Position numbers and translations under genes: made by a program. DNA of 64,000 bases from Pecten maximus (taxonomy: Eukaryota), in assembly GCF_902652985.1 (NCBI RefSeq), contig NC_047030.1, positions 18,600,001-18,664,000 of the forward strand. The letters are read 5' to 3'. How positions within the stretch are numbered: the first letter of the stretch is position 1; the number at the start of each line of letters is the position of its first letter. Of this stretch, positions 40,001 to 50,368 are shown piece by piece. The notes beneath the pieces are model-generated. The model ran no database searches and had not been told where the DNA came from. It saw only the letters and a program-made list of their open reading frames with translations.

Positions 40001-43000
40001 ACGGGTCGTCCGAGGCACACTGGAAGATATCAGCAGCATTGTCACAGTATCTGTGAAGTATAATTATCTAAAGTCAGACTTTCTGAAATTTCCAGTGATA
40101 AATAAAATCAAAGTGATAACTGTATATCACCTTCCCTTGTGAGGAGATATGGAATTAAGTCTTAAAAATATTGCTTTACACTTTGGTCTTACAAGTAACA
40201 CATACTGCAAATGTACCTGTCTTAGGATACTTACCTGTGTACAATGACCTCCTCTCCATAACAACATACCTGTGTACACAGAACTCCTCTCTATAACAAC
40301 ATACCTGTGTCCAATGACCTCCTCTCTATAACATCCCACATGGGTACAATGAAAGCTTTATAACAACCTACCTGTGTACAATGACCCCCTCATGTACAAT
40401 GACCTCCTCTGCATAACATACCTGGGTAAAATACCTCCTCTTTATAAAACCCTATCTGAGTAATATGACCCCCTCTATATAACAACATACCTGGATAAAA
40501 TACCTCCTCCCTATAACAACCTACCTGTGTACAATGACCTCCTCTCTATAACAACCTACCTGTGTACAAAGTCCGGTATAGTGAACATGACCTGCATCAC
40601 ACTGTTCATGTAACAGCTGTTACCAAGGTTACGCATGCCTGTGTATCCTGGGCCATACAGGGGAGTTAACTGGCTGCCCGATTCTTGGATAACATCCCAC
40701 TCTCCAATCTTCTGGTTGATGTCAATTTCCATCTCCACCATTGTCTTGTCTGTCTGAAATTTGAAATTGAATTATCAATCTGGCGAAACTTCGTAGCAAT
40801 GGAAAACTTGATTCTTTTTATACTTCTTCAGACTTAGCATTCTGGTATGGAAGCACCTGATATTTATACTGGATTTGGTTTGCTTAATTGAAATGGTACA
40901 TACAAAGGCAAAGGCCATATGAAAGCTGATTCATAAAGAATTTTTGTTGATAAAATCTTATACAATTTTTTTAATCTACAACAATGCTAAGGGCTATTCC
41001 ATTAAAATATCTACCTGACCCCAGGACTCCACAATAAATCACTTCTATCCATGGTTGGATTGCCTTCCTATTACTTCTATGTAATTAATTAATTAAATTC
41101 TATAGGTGGTACCCCATAATACATATTAGGAGTGGGACGACTGGTTCGCCTGTTGTCAGTATAATGTGACCGGGTGGGGTGTCCTACTAGGTGTCTTCGG
41201 CAGTATGCTTCAGTGAGGTAGTACTATAAATCGGCAAAAGTTCCGGCCTATCAAAAGGAGACTTAACACAAACATACCGCAGCCTCCAAAAAACACACAT
41301 ACGCACTCGTCACATGCATGCATGTCGCACGCACGGGAGGCTGTCCTTAAATGACCTTAGCTGTTAATAGGACGTTAAACTAAATAAACCAAACCAAACC
41401 CCATAATAACAAAACCTAGAGTCCTGGGGTGGGGTAGATGTTTTACTGGAAAAGCCCTAAGTAAATGTTCTTATAGAGGTAATATATACAGTATAATTTT
41501 TTTGTTTCGTTTTTGTTTTTGAAGTTTACCAAAATCTGTAGCATCTACATTTACCAAGTTGTGCTTTGTTAAACATAATATTGATTTTCCAAGGAAACAA
41601 GAATTGTGTGTCCTTATATTTCCACCTGTCCTACTTGATTAGTTTTAAGCAAAATCCAGAACTCACTAGAATGTATGTGCATTTTCTTTAAAGCTTCTTT
41701 CTTTATGACCATCAACTAAATCTAAAAAAATTGCTAAGCAGTAAAGATCTTTTAATACTACAGTTTCTCAAAATCAGAGGTTTCCACCTTTAAAACACAC
41801 CAACAGAATATTTACATAAGATATCTGTGTCACAATTTAATTTCCTAGATACAGTTGGAACAGCACTTGTACATTCTAAGAAACTGGTCTTCACACAAAT
41901 TTAATAACCTTCTCTAGAGACGTGATGTTGATACCAAAGTGAGCGAGGTGTTTGGCAAGGTAGGGATCCTCCACCATATCATCTTCATCGTACGAAAACA
42001 CATCTGTTAGGGGAAAGATGATATATAAGTATGAATATATAACTCAATGAGGACCTAAATTGATTTAAAATTTGTCAAAAGTGAAAATCTTTCTACGAAC
42101 ACATAAATTAAATTAGGATTAGATAATTAAGAAGATAATAAAACCTATTAAAATCTGGTTAGTTTACCACCAAATCAACCAATCCTTTATACCTTACCTG
42201 CTCCATCAATGGTGATAGTTCCTAGTTTGACAGCCAGAGGGTGGCCCATCACCTCATAGTGCTCCACAGCATGATTTTGGCCACCACTGCCATCAAAGAA
42301 GCGGCGACCACACAAGATGCTGCCGTCGGTCAAATTAAGCCACAAGTTAGTAGTCAGATCACATTTCTCACATTTCCAGCCACATGGTGGAATTTTCTTC
42401 CCATTGTCCAGCTGTTTCAGGTTCTCTGCATGTCTGTATCAGCAAACAAGGCAATTAGGTTAGAAAAGAACATACATGTGTTGAAACCAGTACAACAATA
42501 CAATATGTTTAACAGATAAAGTACATACATATACACAATCTCCACAGCTCTTGAATTACTGTAGTGTTGTTCAAATGATTATAATTAAAATTATATTGAT
42601 TATGCGAGACCAACTTTAATTGATTACAAATCATAATGCTTTCTTTTCTGATTCCTGAAAAATTTAACAGATTATTAGGTGACCTGGTTTACAGGCATAA
42701 AATTCCTTGTTTATATTTGTAGATTATAAGCTACAGTATATCACATACTTTGAGACTTTACGTCTCTCTCCCTCCCACGTCCCCGACATGGCAGCAGCTT
42801 CGGCTAGTTTCCAGGCATCATCTGCCCCTAATATGGCTGCTACCGAGATCTGAACCTGTTAGGATTGTACAAAAGACACACAATATATTTCAAATTTCAA
42901 ATACAAATTGAAAGTCAGATTTAGTAAACAAAATCCTTTTAGGACTTGTCAGTGATGCTAACAGCCTACAGTGTACAGTGTCTAGAAGGAATCAGAACAA

Positions 43001-45239
43001 ACATAAAATAGGTCGAAGGGAATCTCAAAATCTGGATGGGGAGGAGCAATAGCCTAATAATTCAATAAATTTAATAATTTCCAATATTGGTTTTAAAAGG
43101 AATGTTAAATATGTATACACCCTATATATAATAACACGAATTTCTCAAGTTAAACCTTCATTTTAGACATTTTTATTTACATTGTCAAAATTACTGATCA
43201 AGATTACCTGGTAACTACAAGGATACATAAACAGAAACGGTGTTCGAGAAGTTGTAAGAGAACATGTCTGACAGTGTTATTTACACATAGACCGGTGAGG
43301 TGTGAGAATATTATACAGATATAGGTGAGGTGTGAGAATATTATACACATATACCGGTGAGGTGTGAGAATATTGTACAGAGATATAGGTGAGGTGTAAG
43401 AATATAGTACACAGATACAGGTAAGGTGTGAGAATATTGTACAGATACAGGTGAGGTGTGAGAATATTGTACAGATACAGGTGAGGTGTGAGAATATTGT
43501 ACACAGATACAGGTGAGGTGTGAGAATATTGTACACCGATACAGGTGAGGTGTGAGAATATTGTACACAGATACAGGTGAGGTGTGAGAATATTGTACAG
43601 ATACAGGTGAGGTGTGAGAATATTATACAGATAAAGGTGAGGTGTGAGAATATTATACACATATACCGGTGAGGTGTGAGAATATTGTACAGAGATATAG
43701 GTGAGGTGTAAGAATATAGTACACAGATACAGGTAAGGTGTGAGAATATTGTACAGATACAGGTGAGGTGTGAGAATATTGTACAGATACAGGTGAGGTG
43801 TGAGAATATTGTACACAGATACAGGTGAGGTGTGAGAATATTGTACACCGATACAGGTGAGGTGTGAGAATATTGTACACAGATACAGGTGAGGTGTGAG
43901 AATATTGTACAGATACAGGTGAGGTGTGAGAATATTGTACAGATACAGGTGAAATGTGAAAATATTGTTTTATTTACATATATAAGTGAGGTGTGAGAAT
44001 ATTGTGTGATATTACTATATCTGGTAAATCTGGAGTATCCAGTGGGATAACTGTCCACTCTGGTAACACCACGACAGAATTCTGCTCCTCGAACACATAC
44101 TTCTTTTCATCTGGATTAAATCCACCTTCAAGACCTGTAAAATAAATGAAAATTACACAGGGGCCTGAGATATATTAAACACTAAACAAGGCATGATGTG
44201 AGGACAAGAGAAACATGTCGCTTTAATAATACAATACATTATTCAAAGATACATTGTAGAATCATTTATATTGTCTAAGTCTCCACTTTTCACTTTATAT
44301 ATCCGTATTTGAAAACAGTCATTTTCATTTCAAATCAGGATTTAAAATAAGGTACAATGCACATATATTTGCTTCTTAATGCTGCTCATATAAAAGGGTC
44401 ATAAAAAAAAAGTTTTTAATTTGAAAGGAAATATACCTATGGCCATTTTTGTTGGCTTTTTCTCTGGTGGCGATTCTGTTTCTTGGGGCACCTAAAGAAA
44501 TAAACAATTAATTCATATTAAAATATCTGCTATTAAACATGTCACTAAATGATGAATTATATACGTTGACAAATTAAAGCCTGATTTTACTACCTACTAA
44601 TTTTTTTGTTACAATAGTGTTGTTAGTTGAGATATAACATGACTAATCATGTTTAAAAATAACTAAGAATATAAATATCTATTCTTAGCCTATAAGAGTT
44701 AAATAATTCTTAGTTTGAAAAGTTGTAATCAATCACTATTCTACACTTTCATGTTAAAATAGTTTAAATAGAAATTTTTGGTATACATTTCAGATTATTT
44801 TACAGCTGGATGAAAATTTAATATACATTACCTCCTTTCTGATTCTCTTCAGGTGTAGAAATACTGCATTTCCTGTTTTTCTGTAGTAACTCTCAACAAA
44901 TCTTTTTCCAAGTCCAATAAATTTGTTCATACAAACATATAAGCCAGTTTCACTTTCCTATAAATCAAAGATGAAATCGACATTGACCTGGTTTTTTTAT
45001 GGTATTTATGGTTAACATAAATGACAGAGTTATGCAGACAAACATTATATTTTGTGCCAGCTCAATCAATATTCTCATATACCAGAATTCAGTCTAAATT
45101 AATGTTGATGAGATATGATTTACAATTCCATACTTACAGGATTGTCAAAGGAAAATGCACACTCATCCTTGAAGACTTTTTCTCCTCCAAATGGGGACTT
45201 GATTCTGGTCAAATGCTGAGACAGTGAACCAAGAGCCAT
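25094..45239 (-). CDS. USP5: ubiquitin carboxyl-terminal hydrolase 5 (isopeptidase T; USP5/USP13 family), 20 coding exons, 806 aa
   Basis: Exons (minus): 45239-45138, 44957-44832, 44491-44437, 44134-44016, 42855-42749, 42433-42198, 42003-41909, 40753-40560, 40050-39979, 39395-39320, 37702-37580, 37313-37160, 35126-35069, 34489-34367, 33474-33386, 32525-32421, 28379-28236, 27155-27019, 26353-26221, 25266-25094. All GT-AG and phase-consistent (2421 nt). Motifs: [11 protein letters not shown], ZnF-UBP ([31 protein letters not shown]), Cys box [20 protein letters not shown], two UBA domains (MGF), His box [11 protein letters not shown]. Confidence 0.96.
26530..27030 (-). repeat. 22-bp minisatellite (with 44-bp higher-order alternation) derived from the USP5 exon 18 end + donor
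   Basis: Real junction CTCAAGGCCACG|GTAAGTGTCA is followed by variants CTCAAGACCGTGGTAAATATCC, CTCAAGCCTGTGATAAGTGTTG and CTCAAGACCGTGGCAAATGTCC. Confidence 0.9.
27308..28252 (-). repeat. 67-bp (proximal) and ~26-30-bp (distal) minisatellite derived from the USP5 exon 17 end + donor
   Basis: Each unit contains AACATATGGGTGACCCAG|GTAAGTGT, identical to the real junction at 28236/28235. Confidence 0.95.
28654..31756. mobile_element. non-autonomous TIR DNA transposon (16-bp TIR CCATACTTGCCAACTT, 4-bp TSD TACA)
   Basis: TIRs at 28654-28669 and 31741-31756; TACA at 28650-28653 and 31757-31760; no transposase ORF. Confidence 0.88.
29064..30913 (-). mobile_element. HINE/Helentron-associated element with 155-bp satellite (~9-10 units), nested in the TIR element
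   Basis: Same termini, hairpins, (GGAC)n and 155-bp unit as 6246-7710. Confidence 0.87.
32575..32830. repeat. ~36-bp intronic minisatellite just upstream of the USP5 exon 16 acceptor
   Basis: Unit ATGACATATGACCTAACCAAATGTCATATCATATCA, ~7 copies, degenerating rightwards. Confidence 0.85.
33112..33310. repeat. 31-bp intronic minisatellite (~6 copies)
   Basis: Unit CATGTCTCCTGATGAAATATGACATGAACAT. Confidence 0.92.
34574..34748. mobile_element. Tourist/PIF-like MITE (~175 bp), inverted relative to the copy at 40991-41457
   Basis: TIR GCTTTTCCAGTAAAACATCTACC / GGTAGATATTTTAATGGAATAGCCC; body is the reverse complement of 40991-41115 plus 41405-41457. Confidence 0.8.
35315..37108. mobile_element. 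non-autonomous hAT-like element with internal 79-bp tandem array (35340-36308)
   Basis: TIR TAGGGTT(A/G)GATACCG at both ends; 8-bp TSD GTCTTGTT/GTCTTGCT; sub-terminal GATACC/GGTACC motifs. Confidence 0.85.
37750..39172. repeat. G-rich variable-length (~30-40 bp) minisatellite in USP5 intron 10
   Basis: Constant core GGATATATGTCTAAGTAGGG plus variable G/A tracts, ~40 copies. Confidence 0.95.
39409..39597. repeat. 92-bp tandem duplication directly upstream of the USP5 exon 10 acceptor
   Basis: TTGTATCTACATTACACATACTATTG... at 39414 and 39506. Confidence 0.85.
40225..40570 (-). repeat. ~35-bp minisatellite derived from the USP5 exon 8 end + donor (~10 copies)
   Basis: Unit TTGTACACAG|GTAGGTTGTTATAGAGAGGAGGTCA repeats the junction at 40560/40559. 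Confidence 0.88.
40991..41457. mobile_element. Tourist/PIF-Harbinger-like MITE (TAA TSD) interrupted by a SINE
   Basis: TAA-GGGCTATTCCATTAAAATATCTACC ... GGTAGATGTTTTACTGGAAAAGCCC-TAA. Confidence 0.82.
41122..41398 (+). mobile_element. 5'-truncated SINE with a Meta/MESC-like central domain
   Basis: Core GACTGGTTCGCCTGTTGTCAGTATAATGTGACCGGGTGGGG; same 3' tail as the V-type SINE (CCTTAAATGACC..GCTGTTAATAGGACGTTAAAC); TSD CCCCATAATA. Domain name recalled, not searched. Confidence 0.75.
43290..44008. repeat. 30-32-bp minisatellite starting ~8 nt after the USP5 exon 4 donor, with a 312-bp higher-order duplication
   Basis: Unit GTGAGGTGTGAGAATATTGTACA(CA)GATACAG; identical ORFs at 43341-43568 and 43653-43880 are offset by 312 bp. 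Confidence 0.93.
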
Positions 45240-46064
45240 TTTGAATACCTGGAATAATACAAAATAAATATCTACATTCCATGTACATTTATGTATTTGT
45301 AAATACTGTTACATAACTCAAAATATCAGTCTAGATCTACTCATTTATTGACATTCTTCTGTATATTTAAGTGGGGAAATTACATGAAATCTTCTACATT
45401 ATTGTTCTATTGTCAGTGTCATCTCATACAAAACTGTTGTAAACTTAAATGTTTAAAAGAAGAATTACATGTAATCATTTGTTTTGTATGTCCCCACTTC
45501 TCTGACAAAGTCCAGTTAGGGAAAATTCAAAATTTGAAATGTGTGATCGGATGACCATAAATTGATATATTTTAGGATGGTTTTGACAGCATATATACAT
45601 GTATGTACTTTAGAGAGAAATTAAGCTCAGCCCCCATCCCACCAGTTAAAAATTAAACTTTAACATTGGCTTGATCATTAACATTGTCCAATTAACCATC
45701 AAGTATTGGCTAAAATCGTAGTACAAAGATGTGCTAATTAGCTATAAAACAGTTTTGGTGATAATAGCACTTATTTAACAACTTGTATTGAAACACAAAT
45801 GTTGCCATATAGCTGTCACAAAAGTGAAGCCTTTTTGTCCTGCTCTGCAGCTCCATTGAGATAACCAGAAGCCAGACTCTCCTAACATACTACAGGCTAC
45901 AAACATATTAACATACTACAATTAATATGTTCAACACCTGTAATTTTGCTCAATTCAGCTCAGACAACATTGTTGTAATTATATAAGCTAGCTAAAAAAA
46001 TCTTTATTTTTTCTTACAACAGTTGTGAAACAAGTGACATCAACTTATATTAATCCTGCTTGTT

Positions 46065-46240
46065 GGCCTGGATGGAAGTGTGCAAGGGTTCTTACTAACC
46101 GAGGAAACCAGAATACCCATGGAAAACCCACATGATCTGGTAGGTGACCCGGTCCATACCTTTTCACATCTAATCAGGGAATAGAACCCCGCTGCCTAGG
46201 TGAAAGGTAAGTGTGTTATACTTTGCCACTAACCACTGAT
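46065..46240 (-). mobile_element. old, diverged tRNA-derived SINE remnant
   Basis: Minus strand shows an A-box-like GTGGTTAGTGG, a B-box-like GGTTCTATTCC and a V-like GGGTTTTCCATGGGTATTCTGGTTTCCTC. Confidence 0.5.
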
Positions 46241-46969
46241 CTAGTAGCTTGTGATGATGTATAGTCACCGTTTCCTCTGATGTGATTGATTCCTACCCGT
46301 TACAGGGATCCAAATCATAAAGATTGTTAACAAGCATCCATATACTTGCTCATTATATCATGATATCGATATGGTATATATCCTGATGGTGATCAGTTTC
46401 ACCATTGACTTTGAGGAATGTAACTAAAATTATATAATTACATATTTGCTATTCAAACACTGACCAGGCTTATTCCTGCAGACCCTCTTTATTACACATA
46501 CATAATGTTCAGTGAATATTGCTGAAATAACATGTTACAGGTTGCATAAAAAGGTTGTATAAAAAGTAAACAAAGGGCCATAACTCTTATTAGAATGTGA
46601 TCCAATCTCCCGTGTGTACATAAAAGCGGCAATTGCAATATATATACCTTTCAGTGTTATGTAAAGATTTGGTAAGTTTCGATGAAATGACACTGGGGTG
46701 GGGCAATCGATTCAGTAACACAATTAATACATTGTTATAAAGTAACCTCTTGAATAAAATGGATTAGCAACAATCACTAAATCTACAAGAGTAACTACAC
46801 CACTTTTTCTAGTTATAGAGATACTGTGTGTCCATCCAAAATATCACCAGGAAACTATTGTTTACTGATTCTAGGCCTTAATGTGAACAAAAAATCCACG
46901 GGGAGTTTGTATAAGCTGTAAAGAATGTGACAATCTCTAATGCACAAATAAACCAAAGAGTTCATGTAC

Positions 46970-47150
46970 CTGTCTAAATAGGCAACGTGATCAGGTTAAA
47001 TGAGAATTGTTTGTGTAATCAACCAGATTAAAACGTAATATCGCTCATAAAAGAAGCATGATCATCCTCTTCTCGAAGTTGTTATCCAGAGTCAATTTTA
47101 AGCTTGAAAATATCTGGCATAATTTTCGATGCTGGTAAACATATCACGGA
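46970..47150 (-). other. USP5: probable non-coding first exon of USP5 (start approximate)
   Basis: Donor CAG|GTACAT at 46970/46969; the ATG exon has an acceptor only 9 nt before the ATG (45249), so an upstream 5'UTR exon is needed. Confidence 0.5.
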
Positions 47151-47288
47151 TTCAGATTAGCCTATCTAGAATATAGCCAATCAGATAAGCCGTTACTTCA
47201 GCGTCGACAAAATGAAACAGAGACATTGATTGGTTAGAGCGGGAACTTCAAAAAGCTTGAAAACAATTTTTGATCAGAAGAGCATCAT
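47150..47288. promoter_or_regulatory. putative bidirectional USP5/CDCA3 promoter with CCAAT boxes and CDE/CHR; CDCA3 non-coding exon 1 ends at 47288
   Basis: AGCCAATCA (47175-47183), inverted ATTGG (47229-47233), GCGG-4nt-TTCAAA (47239-47252), donor CAT|GTAAGT at 47288/47289. Confidence 0.6.
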
Positions 47289-48215
47289 GTAAGTATTGTA
47301 CAAGAAATGCGTGTATTGAAAACGAATGCCAATAAGGCTACAAATTGTCTGCTAATGGTGAACATATTATTTTTTGTATCAATATTTTCCTTTCTGATAA
47401 ATTTGGAACTGTAGTCTGTAGCTGTTTATCATTTGCACCGTTGAAGACATATACCGTGAAAGTATACAATCAAACAAGCAGTGGTGTGTCCAAGATGTAT
47501 TTCCTCTGATGTTAACATGTCAATCACACTCATTGCACTAAAATTCCCACACACAAAAATAAAATTGCACAATACAGCCTCGTCCCAATATTAAAGGTGT
47601 TCCCAAAACAAAGGTGACAGCTTTCTCCAAACAACCGATTTGCCCCAAACTAACATAGAGCAGTTCTCCATGCATACCACTATGCCCTTGTTCTGATTAA
47701 TGTCTGTTTCTAGTGCATTGAATAATTTATTAAGTTTTAGTTTTATAAATCCAAATTTTAAAGATTCTGATGTTTTGAAGACACCTTCTAAAAACATGAA
47801 ATGGGTCGATAACTTATTTGAAGGTTTCTGATCATCATCATCATCATGTCTTATCCACCTTTTAGAAAATATGATTTGGCATGATTTTCTTCAAACTTTT
47901 GAAAAGCCAATAAAATATCATGCATGTTAAATATTGGGATTAGCTATAGTGCACTGTTTAAGAAATTAGCACACATGTAATTATGTGACTAGAAATAGAT
48001 GTCCACAAATTAAATGTACCAGTATATGAAGCATATGTATATATAATACACAATCTTAGTGATCATGATCAGTCTACAATTCATTTTAATGGGTCCTTTT
48101 CAACTGTGCTAAAAAAACTGGATCTTACAATGTTCATTTTTAAATTACAGGAAGTATTTCCAGAAATTCTGCAAGTCCTATCAAAATTCTGTGGTTATAA
48201 GATAACTCGAATGCT

Positions 48216-49680
48216 AGTCGTTTCGGTAACAAGTCGTTTCGGTAGCAAGTCGTTTCGGGAGTCCCGAAAAGTCTCGGGTCGTTTCGGTACATACGCGAGA
48301 TTTTTTCGGGACTTCGGTAGGTCGTTTCGGTACTAATAAAACAATGCAGATTCTATCATTTTTGTGTTTTCATTGCATTTTTAAGTGACTATAATTGCAT
48401 CAACAATCTATTATTGGTATATAATGCTTACTAGCCACGACTCGGGTTAATGTCCCTTACAACGTTTACTGTAGACTACCACGTGATAACGTTTAATGAT
48501 CTACACAAAAACAGCATAATTCTTGCTAAGTTTTTTTTTTATTAATATCAAACAATCATAATATATCATCCATAACAATAATATCGATAATTAGTATAAC
48601 TCGATATTACAAATCAACAACAAATATACATTGGGCCAACGTCGGCATACGACCGTCGCGTTTGTGCTGTTACCGGATCGGGAAGGATCAGAAACACGAC
48701 CTATACATTATACTTGATCGATTAGGGAAAAAAATACATATATTATATGGATAACTGGAGCATTTTGGATTAAGGTATTTTTGTAATTATAGGAAAATGG
48801 CATGAGAAGAAGGGGAGAGGTAGAGTTAAAACTACAGTTAGGTGACTACTGTATAAGATGAAAAATAATCTAACTCCAGATTTTTCAGATATTCTAGTGC
48901 TCTAACAACAATCTGTTGGTCTAAACACCCTTATGCATTGAGAAATAGAAATAATTTTGTTATTCCTGACTATAGGCTTTCTAATACAAATTAATCTTCT
49001 TTACATTCAACTCTGCCTTACATTTTTTCTTTATATATATTTCTCTATCTTTACGTATTTCTATACATGTATATATTTCTCTAACTTTACGTATTTCTAT
49101 ACATGTATATATTTCTCTAACTTTACGTATTTCTATACATGTATATATTTCTCTAACTTTACGTATTTCTATACATGTATATATTTCTCTAACTTAACGT
49201 ATTCAATTCCATACCTACGTGTATAAACGTAATGATTTAACAAACCTAATACGAAATAAAAAAAAAAAAGTAATGAAATCACCCTGTATAGCCTTTATTT
49301 CTCGGGCATGGGTTGTTACATACCAATTTTGATTTTGATTGTATTGCTTCTGTAATAGAAGTTTGAAAATATCATAAAGGAACGAACCACCAGTGCTGGT
49401 TTAAAGAAAACACTGCGCTTGGGGGTTAAAACAATGCCGTTTGTATTATCGATACATTTGTTGTCATAGGTGTTTATACTGACTGTATATTAATTATGAA
49501 TCGTTTTAAAAACAGATTAATTCATGTTAATTATGTATTAAAAAATTAAGGTGTTTATTCTAATGTTGATTGAAAGTACCGAAACGACTTGCTCATGTCT
49601 CCCGAAACGACCCGGACTTCTACCGAAACGACTTCCGAATGTCCCGAAACAACTTCCGAAAAAGTACCGAAACGACCTGA
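48216..49680. mobile_element. MITE/foldback-like element with multiple sub-terminal GTCGTTTCGG / CCGAAACGAC inverted motifs and an internal 36-bp repeat (49030-49200)
   Basis: ~5 GTCGTTTCGG copies at 48217-48332 face ~5 CCGAAAC(G/A)AC copies at 49577-49677; exact ends and TSD not resolved. Confidence 0.7.
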
Positions 49681-50368
49681 CACCGTTTTCTCCTATCAGT
49701 AGATTTGATCATTGAACCTGCAGTATATCAAAGATAGTCAGATTCATTCTGTGAAGTCAACAATTTGACCTGCCTTTGAAAGTAAATTATGTTGTTAATT
49801 GACAACATAAGCAATATATGGCACAATATTATCAATGCACACAAACATATTTTAGTTTCATTAAGATATATATTATATGATAATATTCATATTCTTACAT
49901 GGAGTGCATGCGTTAATACAAATTTCATATCAAAACCCTATGCAAATAATGTATATATGACAATGGGTGATTTAGTAGGATATTAATTAGTGGACAGTGT
50001 CTCACTATCCACATTAATATAAGATCTTTAGATGTAATTTGAAACACAATTAATACTTTAAAAAAACAACAGAAAATAAACATAACATAACACCTTGACT
50101 GTCAAGATCAAACAATGCCTCCACCAAATTTGGATCATTCCCATTCATAAACTTTAACATGCCCAATGAGTGGTAATAAATAATCAAATTTTTCTGGCCA
50201 TTTTCAATTGTATGTTTTTATATAATTATTTGAATTCTTGGTTTAGTTTGTAAAATAAATTGCAACATATGATAAATGTACATATTATGAATGTACATAT
50301 TATATACATGAAAATAGATTTGAAAAATAACTGAACTTTGAAATGTTATGTTGTTTTCAGAAACCATC

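Noticed and set aside
43204-44058. Cys/His-rich 284-aa ORF resembling zinc fingers
   Set aside because: Out-of-frame read-through from USP5 exon 4 into a 30-32-bp minisatellite; no C2H2 spacing
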